From: a virus
Lineage: Duplodnaviria; Heunggongvirae; Uroviricota; Caudoviricetes
IMG/VR virus record: IMGVR_UViG_3300047159_000064
DNA length: 64,000 nt
Strand: one strand, 5' to 3'
Shown here: positions 1 through 8,812 of the stretch, piece after piece
Layout of the letters: the number at the start of each line of letters is the position of its first letter
Position numbering within the stretch: the stretch's first letter is position 1
Made by a program: the position numbers and the translations under genes
Notes under the pieces: model-generated
What the model saw: only the letters and a program-made list of their open reading frames with translations
Database searches by the model: none
What the model was told of the DNA's origin: nothing

Positions 1-277
1 AGCTTTCGCCATCGTCCTCGAGCAAGTGCCAGTAATAAGAGCCGAAGTCTTTCTCTCTCTCGACGATCGGCATTTTCTTCGTGGCACACGAAGCGAACGA
101 TTTGTATTCTTCTTTTATCCAGGTCTTCATGTCTTTGACCGATTCGAAGTATTTCCGCTCGATGTAGCTTCCGTCGTCCGTGTAGGTCGTCGTCTTCTCC
201 AGCCAGCACTTAGAAGATTTTACGGCATGCGGGTAGCACTTGACACCGAACTCATCGAAGAATTTCGCTTTTGTCAT
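1..277 (-). CDS. hypothetical protein, partial (continues beyond window start); the + ORF 26-361 is its shadow
   Basis: Minus-strand ATG at 275-277 (MTKAKFFDEFGVKCYPHAV...) is open to position 1 and has a conserved promoter box upstream. Confidence 0.5.
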   Translation of the reverse strand, partial: MTKAKFFDEFGVKCYPHAVKSSKCWLEKTTTYTDDGSYIERKYFESVKDMKTWIKEEYKSFASCATKKMPIVEREKDFGSYYWHLLEDDGES

Positions 278-299
278 GATTTTTTTTACCTTTCCTTTA

Positions 300-358
300 T
301 TGATTATATTATAGGCCTTATGCCTTTAGATGTAAACGATTTCCCAAAGAAAATCTCA
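300..358 (-). promoter_or_regulatory. early promoter box copy 1 (TTTACA -35, TATAAT-like -10, conserved CTTCGGAAAACCG upstream element)
   Basis: plus strand tgtaaacgatttcccaaagaaaatc with an attatatta -10 about 17 nt away on the minus strand. Confidence 0.55.
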
Positions 359-359
359 T

Positions 360-860
360 GAGGCCGAGAGCGGATAAATAGCATCGGGCGAATCCGCTCC
401 TGACTTCAGACTAATGCGACGATGTCGGGCACATCGCATCGATGTGTCGTACATGTCACACAGCAGGCTCAGATATATGACATCGCATCCGAGATCCGCC
501 GCATCGGAGATCCCGTCATCGGGCTGCCGTGACTAATTTCATCGAAGGTGCTATGCGGGGCTCGCATCGATGTGTCGTCGAAGAGTCGCACGGCGAAGCT
601 CGGATGCACGGCATCGTATCCGAGATCCGCCAACCGCCTCATACTAATTTCATCGATGGCACGATACGAGCCCTGCATCGGCGAATTCGACGAAAGCCTT
701 CGTTCGACTGAGCGACTAATCAGGCCAGATGACGATCGATGACGGGCATCCCGTCCGACGGGCCCGTCGGGCATGAGAAAAGGCGAGAGTCTCCTCTCGC
801 CCATCGATTTCGCAGATCGCTGTTTTTCCTCCTGGCAGCGGTCTCGAGCCAGACTCCGGC
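360..860. repeat. non-coding mosaic of direct repeats and palindromes (GACTAAT x4, CATCGCATCGATGTGTCGT x2, ATCCGAGATCCGCC x2, GACTAATTTCATCGAnGG x2)
   Basis: Repeated units occur in different reading frames, and the ORFs here (469-804, 529-711, 548-742) are low-complexity or Arg-rich. Confidence 0.55.
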
Positions 861-1111
861 TAGCAGTTCGCCCGCTGAATGTAGAACGAAACTCCGTTGT
901 CGCAGTTGTAAGTCTTGTCGTGCCTGTCGTCCCAGATCTCTCTGATGACCAAGCCCCGCTTGCCTACGATCGAGTACATCTTCTGCTCCGCCGCTTCTCG
1001 GCTTGCGAACAACTCTGACACATTATTCCCAAGGCCCACTGATGCGAGCGAGTAGACATGCCCCTCCGGATTACAGAACATCATCATGCTTTTAGCCTCC
1101 CTGATTTCCAT
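860..1111 (-). CDS. hypothetical protein (83 aa)
   Basis: ORF track; TAG stop; AT-rich -10 region upstream. Confidence 0.5.
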   Translation of the reverse strand: MEIREAKSMMMFCNPEGHVYSLASVGLGNNVSELFASREAAEQKMYSIVGKRGLVIREIWDDRHDKTYNCDNGVSFYIQRANC

Positions 1112-1200
1112 AATTAGTTTATTGTCGTTTCGGACATGAGGCCAAATTTGACGATTCGTCTCAACTTGTTATTTTAGCTTATTATTATACATCTAAAAAT

Positions 1201-1233
1201 GAAAAAACATGTCTTTTTGCGACATGTTTTTAC
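1201..1233. terminator. bidirectional rho-independent terminator (AAAAACATGTC-loop-GACATGTTTTT)
   Basis: Perfect inverted repeat flanked by an A-run and a T-run, downstream of gene 1276-1557. Confidence 0.5.
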
Positions 1234-1275
1234 GAAAATTCAATGTAACCGCTTACAATGACGAATTCTGATGCC

Positions 1276-1557
1276 CTAATCTGACAGAAGGTCTTCGGCT
1301 TCCTGAAGAAGCACTTTCTTTTCTACCGCGTTTGCGGCTAGCTTCACTGCGAGCAAGCTGGCCTTCGTTTTGTTGTAGACCGAGCTGAGCGAGTCGATTT
1401 CTTTCGCCGTGAGCCCCGATTTGTCTTCGTCTCCCGGGTCCGGGATGACCTTGGCCAACCCGTCTAATTTGACGGACAGGTCTTCGGCCTGCTTGTTGAG
1501 CTTTCCGAGCTTGTCGCAATCAGAAAGGTACTTCTTGAGATCCTCTTTGTTCTTCAT
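1276..1557 (-). CDS. hypothetical coiled-coil protein (start at internal Met MKNKEDLKK; upstream part of ORF 1276-1686 is Arg-rich overlap)
   Basis: ORF track; SD AAGGGGGAG immediately before ATG; TAG stop. Confidence 0.5.
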   Translation of the reverse strand: MKNKEDLKKYLSDCDKLGKLNKQAEDLSVKLDGLAKVIPDPGDEDKSGLTAKEIDSLSSVYNKTKASLLAVKLAANAVEKKVLLQEAEDLLSD

Positions 1558-1568
1558 CACTCTCCCCC

Positions 1569-1889
1569 TTATGCCTGAGCGACTTTCTCCGGCTCGGCTT
1601 CGGCGGGCTTGGCTTCTTCGGCGGGGGCGATGAGCTCGCCGTTCTCGTCGAACTTCGGTGCCGACGGATCTTCTTGGGCGAACCATTTCTGGTCGAGCGG
1701 ATAGGCGAAAAGCCGTTTCGATCCGTCTCCGAATTCGACTTCCGCGTAGCTCAAGCCGTTCGTCATGCTGTAGGCCTCGACGATCTTACCGCTCCCGAAG
1801 GTCGAATGGACGACCTCTTTGCCAGCGGCTTCTTCGATGACTGCTGTTTTCTTGGGGGCGATGTAGCCTGCGTTCTTAGTTTCTTCCAT
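1569..1889 (-). CDS. hypothetical protein (106 aa)
   Basis: ORF track; TAA stop; promoter box upstream. Confidence 0.5.
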   Translation of the reverse strand: MEETKNAGYIAPKKTAVIEEAAGKEVVHSTFGSGKIVEAYSMTNGLSYAEVEFGDGSKRLFAYPLDQKWFAQEDPSAPKFDENGELIAPAEEAKPAEAEPEKVAQA

Positions 1890-1917
1890 GATTTGTTATC
1901 TCCTTTTTCCTTATGAA

Positions 1918-1968
1918 ACAATCATATCGCTTTCTTTGACCGTTGTAAACGGTTTTCAGAAGAAAATC
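1918..1968 (-). promoter_or_regulatory. early promoter box copy 2
   Basis: minus strand TTTACA-17-TATGAT preceded by CTTCTGAAAACCG. Confidence 0.6.
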
Positions 1969-2316
1969 TTATCGGATGAAACCGGCATAGACGATGAAGT
2001 GGCGGATCTCGTTCCGCTTGGCCGAAGAGTATTTGGCTTTGTTGGTCGGATAGCTCTTCCCGCCGGCGATCACGGCATCGACATAGGCATTGAGCTGTTT
2101 GGTGGAGTGCATGGCATAAAGGGCATGGACGTATCGCTTAGCCGTTGTGCCTTCCATCTTGCATTCTGAATAGATGAGGTCGATTGCTTTCTTCTGCTTC
2201 GTCTTGAACGAAGAGCCGTTCTTGGAGACGATCTCCTTGCGATGCTTCTTGAAGACGTAAGACACAGACCCTTCCTTCTGATCGTACGTAATCGCTCGCT
2301 TGCTGTTCTTTTTCAT
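1969..2316 (-). CDS. hypothetical basic protein (115 aa)
   Basis: ORF track; TAA stop. Confidence 0.5.
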   Translation of the reverse strand: MKKNSKRAITYDQKEGSVSYVFKKHRKEIVSKNGSSFKTKQKKAIDLIYSECKMEGTTAKRYVHALYAMHSTKQLNAYVDAVIAGGKSYPTNKAKYSSAKRNEIRHFIVYAGFIR

Positions 2317-2339
2317 GGTTTCATTTACCTCTTGTGATT

Positions 2340-2392
2340 ATATTGTATCGCTTCTCTTCAGGCTTGTAAACCTTTTTCCGAAGTATTTTTTC
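2340..2392 (-). promoter_or_regulatory. early promoter box copy 3
   Basis: minus strand CTTCGGAAAAAGGTTTACA-17-TACAAT about 30 nt before ATG. Confidence 0.6.
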
Positions 2393-2759
2393 CGAGAAGC
2401 GGACCTTCTTTCAGAATGAAGATGTCATGGTCGGAAGAGAACGGAGCTTCGGCATAAGTCTTGATGTCCAGCTTCGTTTCGGTGGAATCGTCTTCGAATC
2501 TCGTGCAGACTCCTTTCCACTTGTAATAGCTGGAGTTGGAGTTCAGGATCTGGGCATGCACTCTGGCCAATGCTTTCTTGGCATCGTCCACGGTGTGGAA
2601 GCTGAAGACTTTGTCGACGTTCCAAGGTCGGTCTTTGCATTTGTCGCAGAGCAGGCTCTCCGACTTCCAGATGATCACGGCTCCTGCATCAGGATCGGCT
2701 TCTTCTGCGCACTCGATCCGGCCGAACATCGTCTGGCGAGCGTATTTGCTGTACTTCAT
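2358..2759 (-). CDS. hypothetical protein (133 aa); ends with TGA
   Basis: ORF track. Confidence 0.5.
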   Translation of the reverse strand: MKYSKYARQTMFGRIECAEEADPDAGAVIIWKSESLLCDKCKDRPWNVDKVFSFHTVDDAKKALARVHAQILNSNSSYYKWKGVCTRFEDDSTETKLDIKTYAEAPFSSDHDIFILKEGPLLGKNTSEKGLQA

Positions 2760-2783
2760 GTTTTGTTATCTCCTTTGATTGAT

Positions 2784-2835
2784 AATATTATAGCATGCAC
2801 ATATGGCAAAGTAAACGAAAAACCAAAGAATATTT
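2784..2835 (-). promoter_or_regulatory. early promoter box copy 4 (degenerate upstream element)
   Basis: TTTACT...TATAAT on minus strand. Confidence 0.4.
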
Positions 2836-2855
2836 TTTAAAGAATCAAGAATATT

Positions 2856-3113
2856 TTATTTATCGCACAAGACGAGAATCGCCGAAGGATACTGCTCTCT
2901 GAGTTTCGACTGGACCCAAGCGACGAAAGACGGATCTCCGTAGAGTTCGGCGTACCAGGAATCCGGCTTCTTCACCGCTTCCTCCAAAGTCAGCCCTGAG
3001 TACTCCATGACGTCTTCGTACCACACCTCGTGGCCTTCCGGCAGATCGCCTTCCCCTTTGACTCCGTACTCGAACACGTAATCCGTCTCCTTGACGTCAG
3101 AATCCTGTCTCAT
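2856..3113 (-). CDS. hypothetical protein (85 aa)
   Basis: ORF track. Confidence 0.5.
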   Translation of the reverse strand: MRQDSDVKETDYVFEYGVKGEGDLPEGHEVWYEDVMEYSGLTLEEAVKKPDSWYAELYGDPSFVAWVQSKLREQYPSAILVLCDK

Positions 3114-3129
3114 GACCTGTCCTCCCTAC

Positions 3130-3175
3130 TGATATAATTATAACGAAAAAGAACCCGCTTGTAAACGGGTTCTCT
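3130..3175 (-). terminator. terminator hairpin (GAACCCG-loop-CGGGTTC plus T-run) whose loop contains the TTTACA -35 of the next promoter; a TATAAT -10 follows
   Basis: Inverted repeat gaacccgcttgtaaacgggttc; on the minus strand it is followed by TTTTTCG then TATAAT. Confidence 0.45.
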
Positions 3176-3194
3176 GAGATTATTCGCCGGAAGT

Positions 3195-3757
3195 CTATCT
3201 GTCGCTCAAGCGAGGCTCGACCGTGCCGACCCCCGAGATCAGCCGTTTGCGGACGTCTGCGTCGACTTTCCCGCAGAGGATCTCCTTCGCCCTCTCAGGC
3301 CTGCAGGACAAAATCAGCGTTTTCGCCGGAATCCAGTATTCCTCCGGGCCGATGGTCGGATCGTACGTCGCTTTGATCGTCGTGTACTTGACTCTTGGGC
3401 CGAATGGGGTCAGCGCCACGTCGGAGTACCAGACTTTCTTCTTGTAGTACGCGAATCGGTAGCTCTCCGGAGCCGCTTTGATCGGAATCAGGCAGTTCTC
3501 GTCCTCGTAGAAGTCGGTCGTCTTCTCGAAGGGGATCGGCCTGACACGAAGCAGCTCGTAGACGTACAGATCGCCGGAACCTTTCGGAAATTTTCGTCAT
3601 CATCACGGCTTATCTTGGCATAAGGATAAAACGACACTCCTTTTCGTTTGATAATCAGCGCCTTTGCTTTTTCCGATAAATCAAATCCGCCATAATTTTT
3701 ATTAAGAATAATTTCCATATACTTCCTCTTTTTATATAAAACAATTATTTCATCCAA
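3195..3757 (-). pseudogene. hypothetical protein interrupted by a 1-nt frame break near 3590-3600 (ORFs 3488-3757 and 3195-3419); about 185 aa if repaired
   Basis: Protein-like sequence switches from one frame to the -1 frame at a T-run (gaaaatttcc); the downstream frame carries TGATGATGA. Confidence 0.5.
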
Positions 3758-3761
3758 CCGA

Positions 3762-4157
3762 TCATGCGTCTTCGCAATAAAGGCCTTTGATCACGCATTC
3801 ATCCACACCTCCGGGCTTATGGACGAAGACATTAATGTCATTCGTATAATATCCGTTTTGCTTGGAATAACATGGAATGAAATAACCATTGATCCGAAAT
3901 CCATACCCCGCTTCTTCGATTTTTAGCGTTTTAGCGTTCACAGTCTTGTCTTGCCAAAAACCCGTATCATTCAAAGCTGACCAGTCGGCGTAGTTGAAAC
4001 AGGTATTCCCTGTGTCGTTTTCAGGCCCATCATAGCTAATAATTGTCCCATCGGCCAATATCAGACTATCGCCATTGCCACTTACATGGTGAATTCCGGA
4101 CTCATCGGTTTCTTCATGAGCTGACGTCAATCCATCATACATATCTGCCATTCTCAT
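3762..4157 (-). CDS. hypothetical protein (131 aa); ends with TGA
   Basis: ORF track. Confidence 0.5.
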   Translation of the reverse strand: MRMADMYDGLTSAHEETDESGIHHVSGNGDSLILADGTIISYDGPENDTGNTCFNYADWSALNDTGFWQDKTVNAKTLKIEEAGYGFRINGYFIPCYSKQNGYYTNDINVFVHKPGGVDECVIKGLYCEDA

Positions 4158-4219
4158 AGGTTTTCTCCTTTGTTATGAAACAGTTCTTTCATCTAACTAA
4201 TTTAAAATAAAAACAAATA

Positions 4220-4408
4220 TTAATCTTCTCCCGAAATATTTTTTCTATCTATTGGTTTGACCCGTCTATAATAATACCAACCGCAACTGGGGCCACACTC
4301 ATCACAACGCCAATCACCAGATTGATAAATGCATTTTCCGCAACTAGGTTCTTCCTCATCGGCAGTAAAAGCAAAATACGGTTTGTCTTTTATCCAAACT
4401 ATTTCCAT
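4220..4408 (-). CDS. small Cys-rich zinc-ribbon-like protein (CGKC...CDEC)
   Basis: ORF track; two CxxC pairs. Confidence 0.45.
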   Translation of the reverse strand: MEIVWIKDKPYFAFTADEEEPSCGKCIYQSGDWRCDECGPSCGWYYYRRVKPIDRKNISGED

Positions 4409-4677
4409 CTTACCTTTCCTTTTCTAGACAGGCGGACGTTCTTCGGATCGCTCGGGACGTAATGGGCGAATTTGCCGATCTCGAACTTCGCCACGACCTT
4501 GCCGTTGCAGACGGTCTTCGGATTCGGCCAATTCTTCCGCTTAGTCAGGAAGAAAGGCTCGTATTTTAGATCCGGGCATCCGACGTAGCTCTCCGGACCC
4601 AGCACGTTCTTGACCAGCGTGCCTCCGCGCTTGACGACGTACAGCCTGCATTCTCCGTCCCACTCGATTTCTCCCAT
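4399..4677 (-). CDS. hypothetical protein (92 aa)
   Basis: ORF track; TAG stop. Confidence 0.45.
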   Translation of the reverse strand: MGEIEWDGECRLYVVKRGGTLVKNVLGPESYVGCPDLKYEPFFLTKRKNWPNPKTVCNGKVVAKFEIGKFAHYVPSDPKNVRLSRKGKVRWK

Positions 4678-4678
4678 G

Positions 4679-5203
4679 CTACTTGTCCTCCTCCGAGTCT
4701 TCTGAGCCTGCGCCGCTTTCGCGGTCGCGCAGCTCTCCGAAATAGATCCCCCAGCTCTCCGGCCTCTGATCAGGCGCCAGATCGTAGTCTAACCATTCGT
4801 TCGACCACACTTTGACGTCGTACAGCTTGCTGCCGAGCCTGAGGTTCCAGTCGTGGATCGTGCGAAGGTGATCCCAGCTGTATTCCCCTGATTCGCTCCT
4901 GAGCACGATTATCCAGTTTCCTGAGTCGTACTTGCCGTGATCGCCGTCGGCGTACTTGAATTTGTCGAACGGAATGTACGATCCGACGATCGTCAGCCCT
5001 CTCGCCTTCAGCCTGGCCAGCGTCTCGAACGGATCGGATTCGACTATCCACGAATCGTCGTCTTCCCGCTGCTGCCTGGTCAGCGTTTCGGGATCGAACG
5101 ATTCAGCCGTGCCTTCGTGGTTGATCGCGAGATACATGTCCCAGTAAGCCCTGTACTCGGCGATCAGCCCGTCAAGCTCCGCTTTCGTCTTAGGATTAGC
5201 CAT
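4679..5203 (-). CDS. hypothetical protein (174 aa)
   Basis: ORF track; TAG stop directly followed by the next ATG. Confidence 0.5.
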   Translation of the reverse strand: MANPKTKAELDGLIAEYRAYWDMYLAINHEGTAESFDPETLTRQQREDDDSWIVESDPFETLARLKARGLTIVGSYIPFDKFKYADGDHGKYDSGNWIIVLRSESGEYSWDHLRTIHDWNLRLGSKLYDVKVWSNEWLDYDLAPDQRPESWGIYFGELRDRESGAGSEDSEEDK

Positions 5204-5599
5204 CTATCCAGCCACGTTCGTCGGGGTCGGGACGTACCAGGTGATGACCCAATGATACGGATCTGTGGTGGTGTTCTTCGCCTGCTCGATGACGTAGACG
5301 ACGTTGGCGGCGACGGAGAAGTAGTCCATCTTGAATTCGCTGGGGCCGACCTTGAAGATAAGGCCGATTTCGGAATACGCATCCTGGCTGTCCGTGGTCT
5401 GCACGGAGAAATAGCCTTCCGCCTGATAGAGCATCTTGTCCGTGCGGAGGTTGACGAAAGTCATCCGCCGATAGACCGAGAACTTGTCCGCGTCCTCTTG
5501 GATGTTGTGCTTGACGGTCTCAGCCTCGTTGCATGCGGTCAGAGACGTAGCCGCGGCCAAAGCCGCGAACGCCAAAACGAGCTTCTTCATGAATTTCAT
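5204..5599 (-). CDS. putative lipoprotein (signal peptide MKFMKKLVLAFAALAAATSLTAC lipobox)
   Basis: N-terminal hydrophobic segment followed by an LTAC lipobox. Confidence 0.55.
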   Translation of the reverse strand: MKFMKKLVLAFAALAAATSLTACNEAETVKHNIQEDADKFSVYRRMTFVNLRTDKMLYQAEGYFSVQTTDSQDAYSEIGLIFKVGPSEFKMDYFSVAANVVYVIEQAKNTTTDPYHWVITWYVPTPTNVAG

Positions 5600-5644
5600 C
5601 TTAGTGAAATCCTCCTGTTTTCGCGATAGCCGTGAGGCCTCGCC

Positions 5645-6268
5645 TTATTTGATGGCGCCGCTCTCCTTGAGGGCGTCGATGACGTAGCGATAAGTCATCT
5701 TCTTCGCTGCGGCAATGTCTCCCGCAGCCAAGGCTTCGCGGATCTTGGTGCTGGACACGCAGGCGTATCTCGCCTTGCGTTTATAGAACCTGAAATTCCT
5801 CAGATAAGGCCCCAAGAACTGACATCCCGCCAGAATCGACCCGACGTCGTCCTCGTCTCTCCTGATAACCTCGAATTCAAACTCGCCGAGCAGCTTCTGC
5901 CACTCATGCCACCTGCTCAGCTCGCTCAGCTTGTCCGTCCCGAACGCCAGAATTATCCTGTCGCCGGGATTCTCAGCCCTGATCGCCGACAAGGTGTCGT
6001 AAGTCGACCGGCTTCTGCCAGACGTCTCGATGTCAGACACGGAAGCCCACGGGTTTCTGCGGCAGAACTCCGCCAAAGCCTCTTCCCTGGCCTCGACCGG
6101 GACGATGCTGCCGTCGTCGAACTTCTTCCACGATCTGAGGAACCTGTCCGCGGCCGGGACTATGACGACTCTGTCCGCACCTGCGGCTTTCTTGGCCGAT
6201 CGCATCATCTCGCCGTGCGCTTTGCTGAGGGGGTTGAACGCCCCGCCTACGACGACGATTACGCTCAT
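5645..6268 (-). CDS. nucleotidyltransferase, NadD/NMNAT-like (GGAFNPLSKAHGEM = HxGH motif; SSTKIREAL = SxT.IR motif)
   Basis: Motif match to nicotinate/nicotinamide mononucleotide adenylyltransferases; real start is MSVIVVVGG in an ATGA overlap with the upstream gene. Confidence 0.5.
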   Translation of the reverse strand: MSVIVVVGGAFNPLSKAHGEMMRSAKKAAGADRVVIVPAADRFLRSWKKFDDGSIVPVEAREEALAEFCRRNPWASVSDIETSGRSRSTYDTLSAIRAENPGDRIILAFGTDKLSELSRWHEWQKLLGEFEFEVIRRDEDDVGSILAGCQFLGPYLRNFRFYKRKARYACVSSTKIREALAAGDIAAAKKMTYRYVIDALKESGAIK

Positions 6269-6672
6269 TGATCGCCTTCCGCCAGCTCTGACTTGATCCC
6301 CTCGAGCTCGCTCTTGACGTCGGCCACGAGGGAATCGAAATCGCACGTCACGTAATCGCTGGCCGACTGCTGGAGCTTGATGAGCCTGTCGAGCTGATCG
6401 TTCAGCTCTTCGACTCCGTCCTTGGCGTCTTTGAGCGCCTTGGCGAGAAGCTCTCGCTCGTTGTTCTTCTTATAGGCCTCGAGGAGCTCTTTCGTCGGCA
6501 CCTCGAATCTGGTGAACTCGTATCGGTCGAACTTGCTTCGGCCCTCGAGGGTCTTCTTGTCGATGAGGTAGTCCCAATCGGTCTTGTAGCTGTTGGGGTA
6601 CACCCTGACGATGCGGACCATCTGATCGTGCGTCTCGCTGATGAGGTAATCGCCTGCTTTGAGATCTTCCAT
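6265..6672 (-). CDS. hypothetical coiled-coil protein (135 aa); TGA stop inside an ATGA overlap, with TAA one codon later
   Basis: ORF track. Confidence 0.5.
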   Translation of the reverse strand: MEDLKAGDYLISETHDQMVRIVRVYPNSYKTDWDYLIDKKTLEGRSKFDRYEFTRFEVPTKELLEAYKKNNERELLAKALKDAKDGVEELNDQLDRLIKLQQSASDYVTCDFDSLVADVKSELEGIKSELAEGDQ

Positions 6673-6735
6673 GGCCTAAGCCCTCCTTATCCTTATTATA
6701 ATACCGCGCGCTGGGAAGAGAAACGAGAGGTTTCT

Positions 6736-6885
6736 CTATCGCTCTTCCGCGCCTTGGTGCTTGGCCTTGCGGCTGTACTTGGTGCGGTCGCGGAACGTCT
6801 GGCTCTTGCATCTGCCCCACATCGCTCTGGCGTTGGGGTCTTGGACCTTGCCTTCGCCTCTGACCTTAAGAACAATCTTGTCCAT
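6736..6885 (-). CDS. small basic protein (49 aa, MDKIVLKVRGEGKVQDPNARAMWGRCKSQTFRDRTKYSRKAKHQGAEER), not in ORF track
   Basis: ATG with protein-like composition, TAG stop, promoter box upstream. Confidence 0.35.
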   Translation of the reverse strand: MDKIVLKVRGEGKVQDPNARAMWGRCKSQTFRDRTKYSRKAKHQGAEER

Positions 6886-6911
6886 GGTTCGTTCCTCCGT
6901 TTCTCATTGAC

Positions 6912-6966
6912 GTTATTATTATGCCGCGCTTGATCCGATTTGTAAACGGAAAAACGAAGAAAATTC
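6912..6966 (-). promoter_or_regulatory. early promoter box copy 5
   Basis: tgtaaacggaaaaacgaagaaaattc with a ttattattatg -10. Confidence 0.5.
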
Positions 6967-7189
6967 GCAGAGCTTCCAAGAATCTGATCGCGGCGCCGCC
7001 GAAATCCGACTAATCTCGGCGTCGAAAAAGATCAGGTGCGGTTCTGCACCCGATCCGCACCCCGCACACCGGATCCTCGCAGGATCGAGACAGGATCCTG
7101 ACAGGGTCGGACATCGAGTCGAGCAGCCGCCATTAGTCGCAGATAATACGATGACGGAGCGGCCGAAATCCGTCATCGCCTCGAAAAAG

Positions 7190-7226
7190 GCGCAAAAAAA
7201 AGCCCCTCATTGACTGTAAGGGGGCT
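7190..7226 (-). terminator. rho-independent terminator (GCCCCCTTACAGTCAATGAGGGGC plus T8 on minus strand)
   Basis: GC-rich hairpin with a U-run downstream of gene 7463-7933. Confidence 0.6.
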
Positions 7227-7462
7227 ATGGCGAAGGCTGCATGCTCTTTCGCGCGGTCTATAGGAGGCAGCGAGGACAGGGTTTTGAGCAAAAACCTAGA
7301 TAAGCCTGCGTCCGTGTCTACCCTAATGCAGCCGGGCGGGATTGCTGTACGCAGATGACCCATGGCGTTATCACAAGAAGGAAGTGCGACCTTTCGGCCT
7401 GGACGAATAATTTCATCCTTAGCTTCTCTTGTATTTTAATATACGACGTTTTTTTTAAAATT

Positions 7463-7933
7463 CTACAAATCGAATCTCAGCATGACGACTTCGACGGTCT
7501 TCTCCGATCGGTCGATGATGTCGGCGTAGGCTCCTGACTCGCCTGCCGAAGCGGCGGCGTGAGAAGCGGCGTCCTGAGCGAAGATCTTAGCCTGCTTGGC
7601 TGTCGAGAAATCGTATCCGGACTCGATCGTCTTTCCTGCCGCGTGGACGATGTATTTGTACTCGCCTTTGCCGAACGGGACGGCGACGTCGGCGAGATCC
7701 AGCGATTCGTACGCGAGGCGCTGAGATCCTCCGGCCACTCCCTTGCCTGCGGCTGCGGCCCAGTCGAACGAGCCGCTCAGCACGCTGTCTTTAACGTATT
7801 TGACCAGCTCTGGCGTCCAAGTCAGGTAATATGCCTCGTCCTTGAGCTCGAGCTTCTTCTTTTCGCCGGTGAAATCCGAGATGGAATCCCCTTCCGGCGT
7901 ATAGTCCGTGAACGTGATATGGATGTCTTTCAT
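7463..7933 (-). CDS. hypothetical protein (156 aa)
   Basis: ORF track. Confidence 0.5.
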   Translation of the reverse strand: MKDIHITFTDYTPEGDSISDFTGEKKKLELKDEAYYLTWTPELVKYVKDSVLSGSFDWAAAAGKGVAGGSQRLAYESLDLADVAVPFGKGEYKYIVHAAGKTIESGYDFSTAKQAKIFAQDAASHAAASAGESGAYADIIDRSEKTVEVVMLRFDL

Positions 7934-7945
7934 GTTATTCTCCTT

Positions 7946-8812
7946 TTATGCCGCCCTCAGCAGGTTCTTGCCGGTGCTCAGGCTCAGCATGATCTTCAGC
8001 ATCAGCGCCTCTTTGTCTTCGGGATTGTGGAACACGATCCTTATGCTTCCGCCGCATTTGCAGTAGTCGTTCGGAATGCCGAAATCCTGCGCCATCATCA
8101 GGCTGGCCAGCAACGCGCTGGGAAGCTCGGTCGGCACGAGCTGGTAGAACTCGGTCTCTTCGTGGCAGCTGTCGCAGACGATCTTGATTACCCACTCGCC
8201 GTCGTTGGCCGCTTTGAATCTGCCGAAGTTGGCGTCTGTCGGATGGGCTTCTACCGGAACGGCCGGAGCGAGCTCGGAATTCACCTTGCGGACGTATTTA
8301 AGCCAGCATTCGGAATGGCCTTGGTCCGATCCGTTGAAATACTCCGCCATCTTCGGGTCGGCTCTCATTGCGGCCGATCCGCCTTCCGATATGTAGTAGA
8401 ACCCGGCGGCTATGGCCTCCTGATTCTGAAGCACGTGGCACAGCTCGTGGAGCACGACGTTCTCGATCATGTCCTCAAGCCCGACTTTGGCCAGGTGCCT
8501 GTTGATGGACACCTCCTGCCTGAAGCCGTCTGCGTAGCTTCCGTTCAGCGTCGTCATCCCGAGGATGTTGGTTCCGTTGAACATCTCTTTCTTTATCTCG
8601 CATCTGCTCCAGTCTATCTTGAAGTCGGGCCCCAGGGATTCGATCCCCTTGACGCAGCTCCTGATTATCTCGTCCAGCCTCTGATCCGGCAGCGGATCCG
8701 CCGACTCAAGCAGCCTCATAGCCGCCTCGATGTCCATGTCCATGCTTTTAATCTCTCTTTCGCACAGATAATTTAGCGCTGGATTAGAACGCGGTTCCTC
8801 CGCCTTTGGCAA
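7946..8812 (-). CDS. zinc metallopeptidase-like protein (HELCH = HExxH), SprT/WLM-like
   Basis: VVLHELCHVLQ motif plus C-terminal Cys pairs. Confidence 0.4.
   Translation of the reverse strand: MPKAEEPRSNPALNYLCEREIKSMDMDIEAAMRLLESADPLPDQRLDEIIRSCVKGIESLGPDFKIDWSRCEIKKEMFNGTNILGMTTLNGSYADGFRQEVSINRHLAKVGLEDMIENVVLHELCHVLQNQEAIAAGFYYISEGGSAAMRADPKMAEYFNGSDQGHSECWLKYVRKVNSELAPAVPVEAHPTDANFGRFKAANDGEWVIKIVCDSCHEETEFYQLVPTELPSALLASLMMAQDFGIPNDYCKCGGSIRIVFHNPEDKEALMLKIMLSLSTGKNLLRAA

Noticed and set aside
7559-8776. Long plus-strand ORFs (7559-8776, 9734-10543, 4937-5629, 15985-16758, 11087-11671, 29337-30038, 49107-49793, 31492-31998 and others)
   Set aside because: These are shadow ORFs antisense to well-supported minus-strand genes; the translations are Arg/Leu/Val-rich low-complexity, typical of the wrong strand in GC-rich DNA.
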